Shown: piece after piece, positions 19,001-26,979 of the stretch
Layout of the letters: each line of letters starts with the position of its first letter
Position numbering within the stretch: position 1 is the stretch's first letter
Origin: a virus
Taxonomy: Duplodnaviria > Caudoviricetes
Strand: one strand, 5' to 3'
IMG/VR virus record: IMGVR_UViG_3300012952_000077
Location: 1 to 30,481 of that record
DNA: 30,481 nucleotides
Program-made: the position numbers and the translations under genes
The notes under the pieces: generated by a model
Told to the model about the DNA's origin: nothing
What the model saw: only the letters and a program-made list of their open reading frames with translations
Databases searched by the model: none

Positions 19001-22000
19001 TAACGTAGATAGTAATACAACTCTAGGTGGAACATTAACAGTCACAAACAACTCAGAGTTCAATGGAACTGTAGATGTAGATAATAACTTTGCAGTTAGA
19101 AATGGTACTACTGATAAATTTACAGTCGCATCTTCAACTGGTAATACAGTTATTGTTGGTGAACTGAATGTTAACTCTGCTGTTGACTTAGATAGCACTC
19201 TGAATGTAGATGCAGGAGCAACATTCCAAGATAATGTAACCTTGAACGCTGACAATAAGATGTTCAAGATCCAGACAAACGCTGGAGTTGATAAGTTTAC
19301 AGTTGATTATGATAATGGTAACACTAATATTCTAGGTACGTTAGACGTATCTCTTGCTTCTAATATTAACAATACTCTAGGTGTTACTGGTATTACATCT
19401 ATTACTAACAACACACAGCAAACCTTAACAGGATCTTATGCTGCTGATGGTTCATTACAAGTAACTGGTGGTGCAGGTATTGCTAGAGACGTAGCAATTG
19501 GTGGTAGTGCAAGAATTTATGGTAATCTAGAAACAACAGGAACTTTAACTCAGACTGATGATTCATCGTTCGCTGGTAAGGTTACTATCACAGATAGTAA
19601 GGATATCACATCCTTTGCTGATGCTCAGGTATCACTAACAACTACTGGTGGTGCACGAGTCAATAAGAATCTCTACACTGGTGGAGACTTTATTGTATAT
19701 GATCAAGTTGGAAGTCAGAATAGTTTCTTTATAGATGCTTCTACAGGTAATGCTGAATTAAGAAATAACATGCAGGTAGGTGGTAACCTAACTGTATTGG
19801 GAACCACAACTACAGTTGAAAGTACAGTTACTACTGTAGAAGATCCTGTAATGACTCTGGGTGGTGCTTCTGCTCCTGGTTCTGATGATGGTTTAGATCG
19901 TGGTATTGAGTTTAGATATTATGATGGATCCGCTAAGATTGGATTCTTTGGATGGGATAATAACCTTAACAGATATAGATTCTTAACTGATGCAACCAAT
20001 AGTGCTGAGACATTCAGTGGAACTGATGCATCATTACAAGTTGGTACACTTCAAATTACTGGTGCTGGTACTGCTCTTGACGTTGATAATAACGTAAACG
20101 TTGATGGTACTATCACAGCTGACGGACAAATAATTTCAAATGTATCATCTGGTGCTGCTTTAGTCATTCCTAACACAGTCAAGATTGCTAATCTTAACTC
20201 AGACTTGTTAGATGGTATGACAACTGCTGCTACTAACACAGCATCTACAGTTGTTAATCGTGATTCATCTGGAGACTTCTCTGCTAATATTATTACTGTT
20301 AATTCAGGGACTGGTGCAAATGCAGGTATTCAAGGTAACGCAACTACAGCAGATACTTGGAAAACTTCTAGAACTCTTACCATTGATGGTGTAGTAGATG
20401 GTTCGGTTGCTGTTACTGGTGGATCTGACTTTACGGTTACTACTACCTTTAATGATCCTGACATAGCTGCTTTAGCTGGTTTGAGTGGAACAGGTCTGGT
20501 TACCCGAACAGCTGCCAACACTTATACAGAACGTGCAATCACTGTTAGTGGATCTGGTATTGGTGTAAGTAATGGAAATGGTGTTGCAGGTAATCCATTA
20601 ATTACTATTACATCTAACTCTGCTAACTCTGCAAACAACTTAGTCATTCGTGACGCATCTGGTAATTTTGCTGCTGGTACCATTACTGCATCTCTAACAG
20701 GTAATGTAACTGGTAATGTAACTGGAGATGTCACAGGTAACGCAGACACTGCTACTGCACTTGAGACAGCTAGAACAATTGGTGGAGTATCATTTGATGG
20801 TACTGCTAATATTAACCTACCAGGCGTTAATGCAGGGGGTAATCAGGACACCTCTGGAAATGCTGCAACTGCAACTGCTCTAGCAACTGCAAGAACAATT
20901 GGTGGAACATCCTTTGATGGTACTGCTGATATTACACCTGCAACTGCTACTCAGGCAGCAAACCTAAGCAACCATGATACTGCTGATCTTTCTGAGGGAA
21001 CTAACCTTTACTATACAGAAGCAAGAGTTCAAGCAAAACTTGACAACGCATATGCTCAGTTAAAGTCTATGCTGAATAACCTTGCGACTGCATCAACATT
21101 AACACTGAACTTATCTGGAGATCCAACTCCTGGTTCTGTTGTAACTCTAGGTTCTATTACTGCTAGTGGTCTTGGTGGATTTACTGGTTCTACTGGAGTT
21201 AGCACAAGTGGTGGAACTGGATCTGGATTGACAGTTAATACTACAGTCAACGCATCAGGTGCTATAACAGGACTAGCATTGAATAACGCTGGTACTGATT
21301 ATCTAATTGGAGATGTCTTACAGATTACTAACCCTAATCTTGGTGGTGTTTCTACTCTAAACTTAGGTACATTATCAGGTGGAGTTGGTGGATTTAGTTC
21401 TGCCTCTAACGTTTCTACAACAGGTGGAACTGGATCTGGATTAACCTTTGATACTACTGTTGATGGAAATGGAAACATTACAAACCTTACAGTTAACGCA
21501 GCAGGTACAGGATATGCTAATGGAGAAACGATTACAATCACTAACGCTAATGCGGGAGGTGCTTCTACTATTGACACCCTCGTGGGTGGTACAGGATATG
21601 CGAATGGCTCTGCTATCGCAACCACTGGAGGAGGTGGATCAGGATTAACACTTGATCTTACAACTTCTAATGGTGTTGTAACTGGTGCAGTAATTAATGC
21701 TGCTGGTACAGGATACGCAACAGATGATACCATCACTATTGTTAACGCAAATGCAACTGGTGTTAGAACTCTTGGTTCTATTGCAACTGCTGGAACTGGT
21801 TATGCAGCTGGATCTGGAATTGCAACTACAACCAGTGCATCTGGAACTTCATTTACTGCTGACATTACAGTTGATGGAAACGGTGCTGTAACTGGAGTAA
21901 CTATTAATAACGATGGAACGGGATTTGTAGATAACGAAGTTATAACAATTACAAACGCAAATGCAACTGGTGTTAAGACTCTTGGAACTATCAGTGCTGG

Positions 22001-23255
22001 TGGTACTGGATATGGTTCAGGTACTGCTCTTTCAACCACAACAAATGGTGGTGGATCTGGTTTAACTGTTGACGTTACTGTTACTAACGGTGTTGTTGAT
22101 GGTGTATCAATTAACAATGATGGATCAGGATATGGAGCATCAGATGTAATTACTATTGCTAACGCTAATGGATCTGGTGTTGCTAGTCTTGGAGGTATCA
22201 CAGGTGGTACTGGATATTCAACAGGAACTGGAATTGCAACTACAACAAATGGTTCTGGATCTGGATTGACTGTTAACATTACATCTGTATCTGGTTCTGG
22301 TGCTATTACAGGTCTTACAATTAATAATGATGGATTGAACTACGCTGCTAGTAATACTATTACAGTTGCTAATGCTAACTCATCGGGTGTTAATACACTT
22401 GGTTCTATCAGTGCTGCTGCTTCAGGTTATTCTGCTGGCACAGTTAATACAACAACAAATGGATCTGGTTCAGGATTGACTGTTGCTGTTTCAGTTAACG
22501 CAGATGGAGAAGTAACTGGAGCGTCTATCGTTAACGATGGTTCTGGTTATTCAAACTCAGATACCATTACATTAACTAACGCTAATGCTAGTGGTGTTAA
22601 GACTCTTAATTCAATAATGGTCGCTGGTACTGGATACCCTGCTAGTACTACTGTAACTGGTGTTACCACAACTTCTGGTGGATCTGGAACTGGATTGACT
22701 CTTGACATTACAACCAATGCATCTGGACACGTAATAGGTGCTGTAATTAATAATGATGGATCTGGATATGCTGCTGCTGACAGTATTACGATTGCTGGTT
22801 CTGGAGATGGTAACTCAGTTACTGGTGTTGCTGCTATTCATGGTAATGCAACTACATCTGTCGGAGCAATTCATGGTAATGGTGGATCAACTTCTGTTGG
22901 TACTATTCATGGCAATGGTGCTCAGATCCCAGTTTCTGCTATCCATGGAAATGGTTGTACAATCCCTGTATCAGCTGTCCATGGTAACGGAGCAACAGTT
23001 GATGTCGGTGCTATCTTTGCTAACGCAACGATTAATACTGCTACAGTATTCACTCATGCAACCTTCGCACTATCTGATATCACAACGATGGAAGTTGGTG
23101 CAACTGTAACAGGTGGAACCTCTGGTACAACTGGAACAATTACTGCTCTGGGTGCTACAAGTGTCACTGTTGACACGGTTGATGGATTCTTCAAGGTTGG
23201 AGAAACCGTTGGTGCTAATGATGTTACTAACTTGACTATTACTTCATTCGGATAA
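16062..23255 (+). CDS. Long fibre protein (2397 aa) with Mtd_N-like N-terminus, in the fibritin/neck-adjacent position
   Basis: QLRRG..QEW..ENPTLAQGEIGIELDT..FKIGDG...WN.LPY (Mtd_N-like); KVTVDAKGRIT, GVAGNP.I, LV.RDA.GNF.AG.IT and TARTIGG.SFDGTA.I fibre motifs; G/T/N/S-rich; directly upstream of gp13. Confidence 0.85.
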   Translation: MANRLQLRRGGAQEWANENPTLAQGEIGIELDTNRFKIGDGVRGWNTLPYERPIESVANTANTLVVRDADGNFSAGSITATVIGNAATASRLANPRQIQLSSDLAGSGTFDGSGNLSIAAQLQILTTLPHYDGTTTSTGDYTKVTVDAKGRITNASQPSSYTALGLTDVQPLDTDLTSIAGLTSTGLLCRASAGNMVPRTINGSSGRISVVSGSGVAGNPTIDLPDTTIAVESEFVSSTGQYNIPSLTSVGGDSLPTAANITVNATRYTVDQYGRFTSALTIPIATAIEGSKYAAYNAGTTYVRYDIIEAGSKVYQAITGIASGGGAPTHSDSSDAGGWRYLAAAKVEQKGLASFAQEDFDVDDNGHVSIAAQGIDNTQLQNNRLSFSDNNTQQNFELDQELTIAGSHHGFDYLNYIKINDTSGNLLFGANNTGDGGAGEIDINVRSYFSDPDVTFDGAVAQMINKTGDGNFTLGLSNNSGDARNLTIVAANTGAGTSNVVIQAEDTVTINATEATGKVHVEDVRVQTNYIATTNATMYLDPGDDRAVTGTVVVSGDLQVDGTTTTVNSTTLQVDDPIVTLGGDTAPVSDDNKDRGVEFRYYDASAKVGFFGYDDSATDLGGHTGAFSFLYDATNTSEVFSGTDAGIIAGNLSLTTNTNSTSNTTGDLVVAGGAGIGDDVNIGGTLDVDTNFRTHGTSRFDDNIVFQGASKTLSLNNGSGTTKIQLHTTTGNVEIAGILTNTGNVDANANLNVASLVHFESTDEPTVALNGGTGNWDIQSSDYGAVKIDGGGYVAGDWVFDKDLYVNGLIRQKDDTTANFNLKNYLSVRYKLRVGSTVQHNPSYADDNTSNLRVYGGAGIVQDLHIGDDLYIGKVNSGDTVEFQVLGESGNTTIGRSGAGTASVGTLTVYGDTTLDRDVDITGNVTVTANSEFNGTVDVDADFAVRNGTTDKFFVDNVTGNTNIEGTLTADGHTELNSTLNVDSNTTLGGTLTVTNNSEFNGTVDVDNNFAVRNGTTDKFTVASSTGNTVIVGELNVNSAVDLDSTLNVDAGATFQDNVTLNADNKMFKIQTNAGVDKFTVDYDNGNTNILGTLDVSLASNINNTLGVTGITSITNNTQQTLTGSYAADGSLQVTGGAGIARDVAIGGSARIYGNLETTGTLTQTDDSSFAGKVTITDSKDITSFADAQVSLTTTGGARVNKNLYTGGDFIVYDQVGSQNSFFIDASTGNAELRNNMQVGGNLTVLGTTTTVESTVTTVEDPVMTLGGASAPGSDDGLDRGIEFRYYDGSAKIGFFGWDNNLNRYRFLTDATNSAETFSGTDASLQVGTLQITGAGTALDVDNNVNVDGTITADGQIISNVSSGAALVIPNTVKIANLNSDLLDGMTTAATNTASTVVNRDSSGDFSANIITVNSGTGANAGIQGNATTADTWKTSRTLTIDGVVDGSVAVTGGSDFTVTTTFNDPDIAALAGLSGTGLVTRTAANTYTERAITVSGSGIGVSNGNGVAGNPLITITSNSANSANNLVIRDASGNFAAGTITASLTGNVTGNVTGDVTGNADTATALETARTIGGVSFDGTANINLPGVNAGGNQDTSGNAATATALATARTIGGTSFDGTADITPATATQAANLSNHDTADLSEGTNLYYTEARVQAKLDNAYAQLKSMLNNLATASTLTLNLSGDPTPGSVVTLGSITASGLGGFTGSTGVSTSGGTGSGLTVNTTVNASGAITGLALNNAGTDYLIGDVLQITNPNLGGVSTLNLGTLSGGVGGFSSASNVSTTGGTGSGLTFDTTVDGNGNITNLTVNAAGTGYANGETITITNANAGGASTIDTLVGGTGYANGSAIATTGGGGSGLTLDLTTSNGVVTGAVINAAGTGYATDDTITIVNANATGVRTLGSIATAGTGYAAGSGIATTTSASGTSFTADITVDGNGAVTGVTINNDGTGFVDNEVITITNANATGVKTLGTISAGGTGYGSGTALSTTTNGGGSGLTVDVTVTNGVVDGVSINNDGSGYGASDVITIANANGSGVASLGGITGGTGYSTGTGIATTTNGSGSGLTVNITSVSGSGAITGLTINNDGLNYAASNTITVANANSSGVNTLGSISAAASGYSAGTVNTTTNGSGSGLTVAVSVNADGEVTGASIVNDGSGYSNSDTITLTNANASGVKTLNSIMVAGTGYPASTTVTGVTTTSGGSGTGLTLDITTNASGHVIGAVINNDGSGYAAADSITIAGSGDGNSVTGVAAIHGNATTSVGAIHGNGGSTSVGTIHGNGAQIPVSAIHGNGCTIPVSAVHGNGATVDVGAIFANATINTATVFTHATFALSDITTMEVGATVTGGTSGTTGTITALGATSVTVDTVDGFFKVGETVGANDVTNLTITSFG
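18849..19121 (+). repeat. In-frame DNA direct repeat, ~72-nt units 201 nt apart
   Basis: aactcagaattcaatggaactgttgatgtagat...gcagttagaaatggtactactgataa at 18849 and a near-identical copy at 19050 (NSEFNGTVDVD..FAVRNGTTDKF). Confidence 0.85.
20700..20936 (+). repeat. 12-nt tandem (GNVT) repeat followed by two ATAL.TARTIGG.SFDGTA.I units 120 nt apart
   Basis: ggtaatgtaact x2 plus a degenerate third copy at 20700-20735; agaacaattggtgga...tttgatggtactgct twice (units at ~20751 and ~20871). Confidence 0.8.
21144..23084 (+). repeat. Eight ~67-72-aa repeats (21144-22808) followed by eight 11-12-aa repeats (22809-23084) in the fibre
   Basis: Long unit TLG.I..GTGY...TT.G.GSGLT...V..G.+TG..+NN.G.GY...D.ITI.NAN; short unit GN..T..V.A(I/V)H. 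Confidence 0.9.
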
Positions 23256-23261
23256 TAACAA

Positions 23262-24068
23262 ATGTCTGCTACAAAACCTGCAACTAAAACTGAGCTGAAG
23301 ATGTATGCTCTTCGTAGATTAGGTTACCCTGCTATTGATATCAATGTATGTGATGAGCAGTTGGATGATCTAGTGGAAGAAGCAATTGACTATTGGCAAG
23401 AATATCATTACGATGGTTCTCAAAAACAGTTGATTAAGATTGAAGTAACTCAAGCAATAAAGGATTCTGCTGATGGTGCAACAGACATAACTGGAACTGA
23501 CTGGAAGAAGAATAATCTTAGTGTTGATCTACCTCCTGGCGTGGTAGGAATCAATCAGGTCTATGCTAATTTAAGTAGCAGTAGTGTAGTACCTGGTAAT
23601 ATGTTTAACATTAAGTACCAGATTTTCTTGAATGATATTTACGCATTCACTAACTCTCAGATTCTACATTACTTTATGGTATCTCAATACCTTGAGACAC
23701 TTGACTGGGTAACGAACTCTCGTGCTCATCGTAGAATGAGATATAATAGGGTTGAGAATAAATTGTATCTTGACTTTAGTTGGGAAGAACTCACAGTAGG
23801 TAACTATATTCTAGTTGACTGTACTATGAGAACTGATGCAGAAATTTATACTTCTGCTTATAATGACAACTGGTTAAAAGACTATTGTGAAGCAATCTTC
23901 ATGCAACAGTGGGGTAGAAACCTAAGTAAGTATGATGGCATTCAAATGTTGGGTGGTGTAACACTCAATGGTCGTCAAATACTAGAAGACGCTTCTGCTA
24001 GAAAAAAGGAACTAGAAGAAGAGATTAGAGATCGTTATGAGATACCACCACTAGATCTTGTAGGCTAA
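23262..24068 (+). CDS. gp13: Neck protein gp13 (268 aa)
   Basis: ELK.YALRRLG.P.I.INV..EQ.DDLVEEAI.YWQEYHYDG; WLKDY...QQWG.NLSKY.G.Q.LGGVTLNG..I. Confidence 0.95.
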   Translation: MSATKPATKTELKMYALRRLGYPAIDINVCDEQLDDLVEEAIDYWQEYHYDGSQKQLIKIEVTQAIKDSADGATDITGTDWKKNNLSVDLPPGVVGINQVYANLSSSSVVPGNMFNIKYQIFLNDIYAFTNSQILHYFMVSQYLETLDWVTNSRAHRRMRYNRVENKLYLDFSWEELTVGNYILVDCTMRTDAEIYTSAYNDNWLKDYCEAIFMQQWGRNLSKYDGIQMLGGVTLNGRQILEDASARKKELEEEIRDRYEIPPLDLVG

Positions 24069-24069
24069 T

Positions 24070-25230
24070 ATGGCATACTCAAATTCTCCAGCATCAGATT
24101 GCAATCAGTCAGATTATAATTCTGCCTGTAGATTGAATATTAATGGTTCAGCTCAGGAAAGAAAGTTCATGGAGAACTTGGTTGTAGAGTCTATTGAATT
24201 ATATGGACAGGATGTTTATTACTTACCTAGAACTTATATTGGAAGAGATAATATACTAGACGAGATAGATAGCAGTAAGTTTGAGAATGCATATCCTATT
24301 AGAGCATATGTAAATAACGTTGATGGATGGGAAGGACAAGGAGAACTACTATCTAAATTTGGTGTTAGAATTGAGGATAAGACAACCTTTATCATTTCAC
24401 GAGAAAAGTTTACTGAGAAGGTTGATAATAATGTTACATTGAATGTTGAAGGAAGACCAAATGAAGGAGATTTAGTTTGGTTCCCCGTAACAAAACATCT
24501 ATTTGAAATAAAATTTGTAGAAGCAGAAAGACCATTTTACCAACTAGGTAAAGGTTACGTCTGGGAAATGCAATGCGAACTCTTTGAGTACTCTGATGAA
24601 GATATTGATACTGGTATTGCTGATATTGACGCTATTGAAATTGCGTTTAGTAACTCCACAAGTGTTACTATGGGTACTGGTGGGTCTGGTGATTATGTGG
24701 TTGGTGAAACCGTTATTGGTAATCTTAATACTGCTACTGGCACAGTTACTCTCAATGGTGACATCGTGGATTCTGTTACTATTACTGATGGTGGTGAGTA
24801 CTATACTTCTGCTCCTACTGTAACATTCAGTGGTGGAGGGGGATCTGGAGCAGCAGGTACTGCTATTATATCAGCTGGTGGTCTAGTAACTGGTGTAACC
24901 ATAAATACAGCAGGTACTGGATATACCTCAGCACCAACTATAACCTTTGGTAATTCACCGAAGGATGTTCAAGCAGAGGTTAAGTCTTGGGATTCTTCTA
25001 CAAGAATACTACAGATCATCAACCGTACAGGTACGTTCAATACTGCTGAGTACATCAAGGGTCAAACCTCTGGTGCAAACTGGAGTGGAGAATCTTACAA
25101 TACTCTAGACAATACCAACAGTGAAGTAGATCAGAACTATAGTTTTGAAACTGCTGATGATGACGTTATTGACTTCTCCGAAAGTAATCCATTCGGAACT
25201 ATTGGTTCAACTACTGACTTTACAATCTAA
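24070..25230 (+). CDS. gp14: Neck protein gp14 (386 aa) with inserted GSGY module
   Basis: LVVESIELYGQDVYYLPR, LSKFG, RPNEGDL.WFP...LFEIKFVE...PFYQLGK, CELFEYSDE, DFSESNPFG. Confidence 0.95.
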   Translation: MAYSNSPASDCNQSDYNSACRLNINGSAQERKFMENLVVESIELYGQDVYYLPRTYIGRDNILDEIDSSKFENAYPIRAYVNNVDGWEGQGELLSKFGVRIEDKTTFIISREKFTEKVDNNVTLNVEGRPNEGDLVWFPVTKHLFEIKFVEAERPFYQLGKGYVWEMQCELFEYSDEDIDTGIADIDAIEIAFSNSTSVTMGTGGSGDYVVGETVIGNLNTATGTVTLNGDIVDSVTITDGGEYYTSAPTVTFSGGGGSGAAGTAIISAGGLVTGVTINTAGTGYTSAPTITFGNSPKDVQAEVKSWDSSTRILQIINRTGTFNTAEYIKGQTSGANWSGESYNTLDNTNSEVDQNYSFETADDDVIDFSESNPFGTIGSTTDFTI

Positions 25231-26015
25231 TGTTAGGAAAATATTTTTATCACGAAGTCTTCAGAAAGACCGTTGTTGGGTTTGGTACTCTATTCAATAA
25301 TATAGAGATCAAACAAGGAACTACTGTTATGAAGGTTCCTTTGGCATACGGACCGAAGCAAAAGTTTTTAGCTCGTTTAGAGCAAGTACCCGATCCTACT
25401 AACAAGAGGGTACAGATTACACTGCCAAGAATCTCTTTTGAGATCACAGGTATATCATATGATCCTAGTAGAAAAGTTAGTCCTACTCAGAAGATCATGG
25501 TACCTACTAGTGGCACTAAAAATAAGGTGGCATACATGCCAGTCCCTTATAATTTAACCTTTGAATTAGCAATCATTTCCAAAAATCAAGATGACGGCCT
25601 TGAAATTATTGAGCAGATATTACCCTACTTTCAACCGAGTTACAATCTGCCACTCAAGCTTGTTCCAGGAATCAATGAAACAAAGGATGTTCCTGTCATT
25701 ATTAATTCTATTGACTATGATGATGAGTATGAGGGTAATTTTGCCTCTCGTAGAGCAATCATTTACACCCTAGGATTTACTGCCAAGACATACGTTTACG
25801 GTCCTGTACAAGAATCCTCTGTTATCACTAAGGTTATTGCAGATGCTTATACAAGCACTGCTGTTAGCACTGCACCTCGTGAAGTAAGATACACTGTAAC
25901 ACCTGATCCTATCACTGCTGATGCAGATGATGATTTTGGATTTGGAGTTACCACAGAGGAATTTACGGATAACGAAAAACGTAATCCTACTAGCGGACAG
26001 GATGAACCACTATGA
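25230..26015 (+). CDS. gp15: Tail sheath stabiliser / tail terminator gp15 (261 aa)
   Basis: YFYH..FRK.VV.FGTLFNNI, KVPLAYGPKQKFL, LPR.SFE, PVPY, I.EQILPYFQP; TAATG coupling with gp14. Confidence 0.95.
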   Translation: MLGKYFYHEVFRKTVVGFGTLFNNIEIKQGTTVMKVPLAYGPKQKFLARLEQVPDPTNKRVQITLPRISFEITGISYDPSRKVSPTQKIMVPTSGTKNKVAYMPVPYNLTFELAIISKNQDDGLEIIEQILPYFQPSYNLPLKLVPGINETKDVPVIINSIDYDDEYEGNFASRRAIIYTLGFTAKTYVYGPVQESSVITKVIADAYTSTAVSTAPREVRYTVTPDPITADADDDFGFGVTTEEFTDNEKRNPTSGQDEPL

Positions 26016-26425
26016 GCACTTTTGATGGATTGAATAAAGTTTTCGGAGATGAACCTTCAGACTTGCAGAAGCATGTTGAGAAGTCTAAATCTCTAAGAAC
26101 TGAGAAACCTGACATACAGGCAGACTATGAAACCTCTCGTGCCAATCTACATAACTTAGTAATGAAAGGACAGGAGGCTGTTGATGGTATACTTGATGTG
26201 GCACGAGCGTCAGATCATCCTCGTGCTTATGAGGTGGCAGCTACAACAATTAAAGCAGTTGGAGACGTAACTGATAAGTTAATAGACCTTCAACAGAAGA
26301 TGAAAGACCTTGATAAAGAAGAGAAGAAAGGTCCTAACAATGTTACCAATGCACTATTTGTTGGTAGCACTTCAGAACTTCAGAAAATGTTGAAGAAAGA
26401 AAGTAACATAAATAATAAGGATTAA
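26012..26425 (+). CDS. gp16: Terminase small subunit gp16 (137 aa)
   Basis: DYE.SRANL, A..SDHPRAYEV, NVTNALFVGSTSELQKML; ATGA overlap with gp15. Confidence 0.93.
   Translation: MSTFDGLNKVFGDEPSDLQKHVEKSKSLRTEKPDIQADYETSRANLHNLVMKGQEAVDGILDVARASDHPRAYEVAATTIKAVGDVTDKLIDLQQKMKDLDKEEKKGPNNVTNALFVGSTSELQKMLKKESNINNKD
26407..26414 (+). promoter_or_regulatory. Late promoter CATAAATA within the 3' end of gp16
   Basis: 24 nt upstream of ATG 26439. Confidence 0.65.
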
Positions 26426-26438
26426 ACATAGACACGAC

Positions 26439-26978
26439 ATGACAGTCCTCAATGTATTAAGTACAAACGCAGTGGCCGCAGGTGCTACTGAATACCAAGT
26501 TGTACAAACTGGCTTTTTTAGAGTCATCGCAAATGCTGGAGATGCTACAGTGGCATTTAACGGCGGACCTGCTATAACTCTTATAGATAATGAATCACTT
26601 TTAGTGAAGGGTGGTAAACCTGGTACAGCTAAAGTTGTCAAAGCAACTGATGCTGCAACAGCAGTTTATACATTAGGAAATAGTTTACAAGAGAATATGT
26701 CAAGAGACACTCATCCATTTTCAGTTGGTGATTTCATCGCTGTAATAGATGATAGTACATCTCCTGCCATAGATGCTGCATTTCTGAGTGCTGGCACAGT
26801 TGGTAAAGCAATTACTGCTACCAGTAGTGCTACGATCACAACAGATATTGATTCACAAGCAGCTTCAGCTGACTACACATTTGCAACTGGCAATCAAGCA
26901 AAAGTAAAACGTTGCGTTAAGATTGCAGTAACAGGAAATGCTATTGTAGTTGAAGAAGTCCAAGTTGTAGGAGGCTAA
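26439..26978 (+). CDS. Hypothetical, probably virion structural protein (179 aa)
   Basis: A/T/V/G-rich beta-type composition; late promoter upstream; follows gp16. Confidence 0.7.
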   Translation: MTVLNVLSTNAVAAGATEYQVVQTGFFRVIANAGDATVAFNGGPAITLIDNESLLVKGGKPGTAKVVKATDAATAVYTLGNSLQENMSRDTHPFSVGDFIAVIDDSTSPAIDAAFLSAGTVGKAITATSSATITTDIDSQAASADYTFATGNQAKVKRCVKIAVTGNAIVVEEVQVVGG

Positions 26979-26979
26979 A

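Noticed and set aside
21056-22279. Long minus-strand ORFs (145 aa, 159 aa) and similar ones across the structural genes
   Set aside because: Antisense shadows of Gly/Thr/Asn-rich codon usage; Pro/Val-rich products without motifs or expression signals.
22753-23109. 118-aa Leu/Met-rich alternative + frame ORF over the HGN repeats (also 7 or more shorter ones elsewhere)
   Set aside because: Expected by-product of T/A-ending codons read off-frame; no RBS or slippery site identified.
16062-23255. Diversity-generating retroelement suggested by the Mtd_N-like N-terminus and DNA repeats
   Set aside because: No reverse transcriptase in the window. Both repeat copies are in-frame, mid-gene, and differ mostly at synonymous positions rather than only at adenines. 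Mtd_N is just an anchoring domain.
24900-24907. CATAAATA inside gp14
   Set aside because: More than 300 nt from the next start, inside an inserted module, and gp15 is translationally coupled; may be chance.
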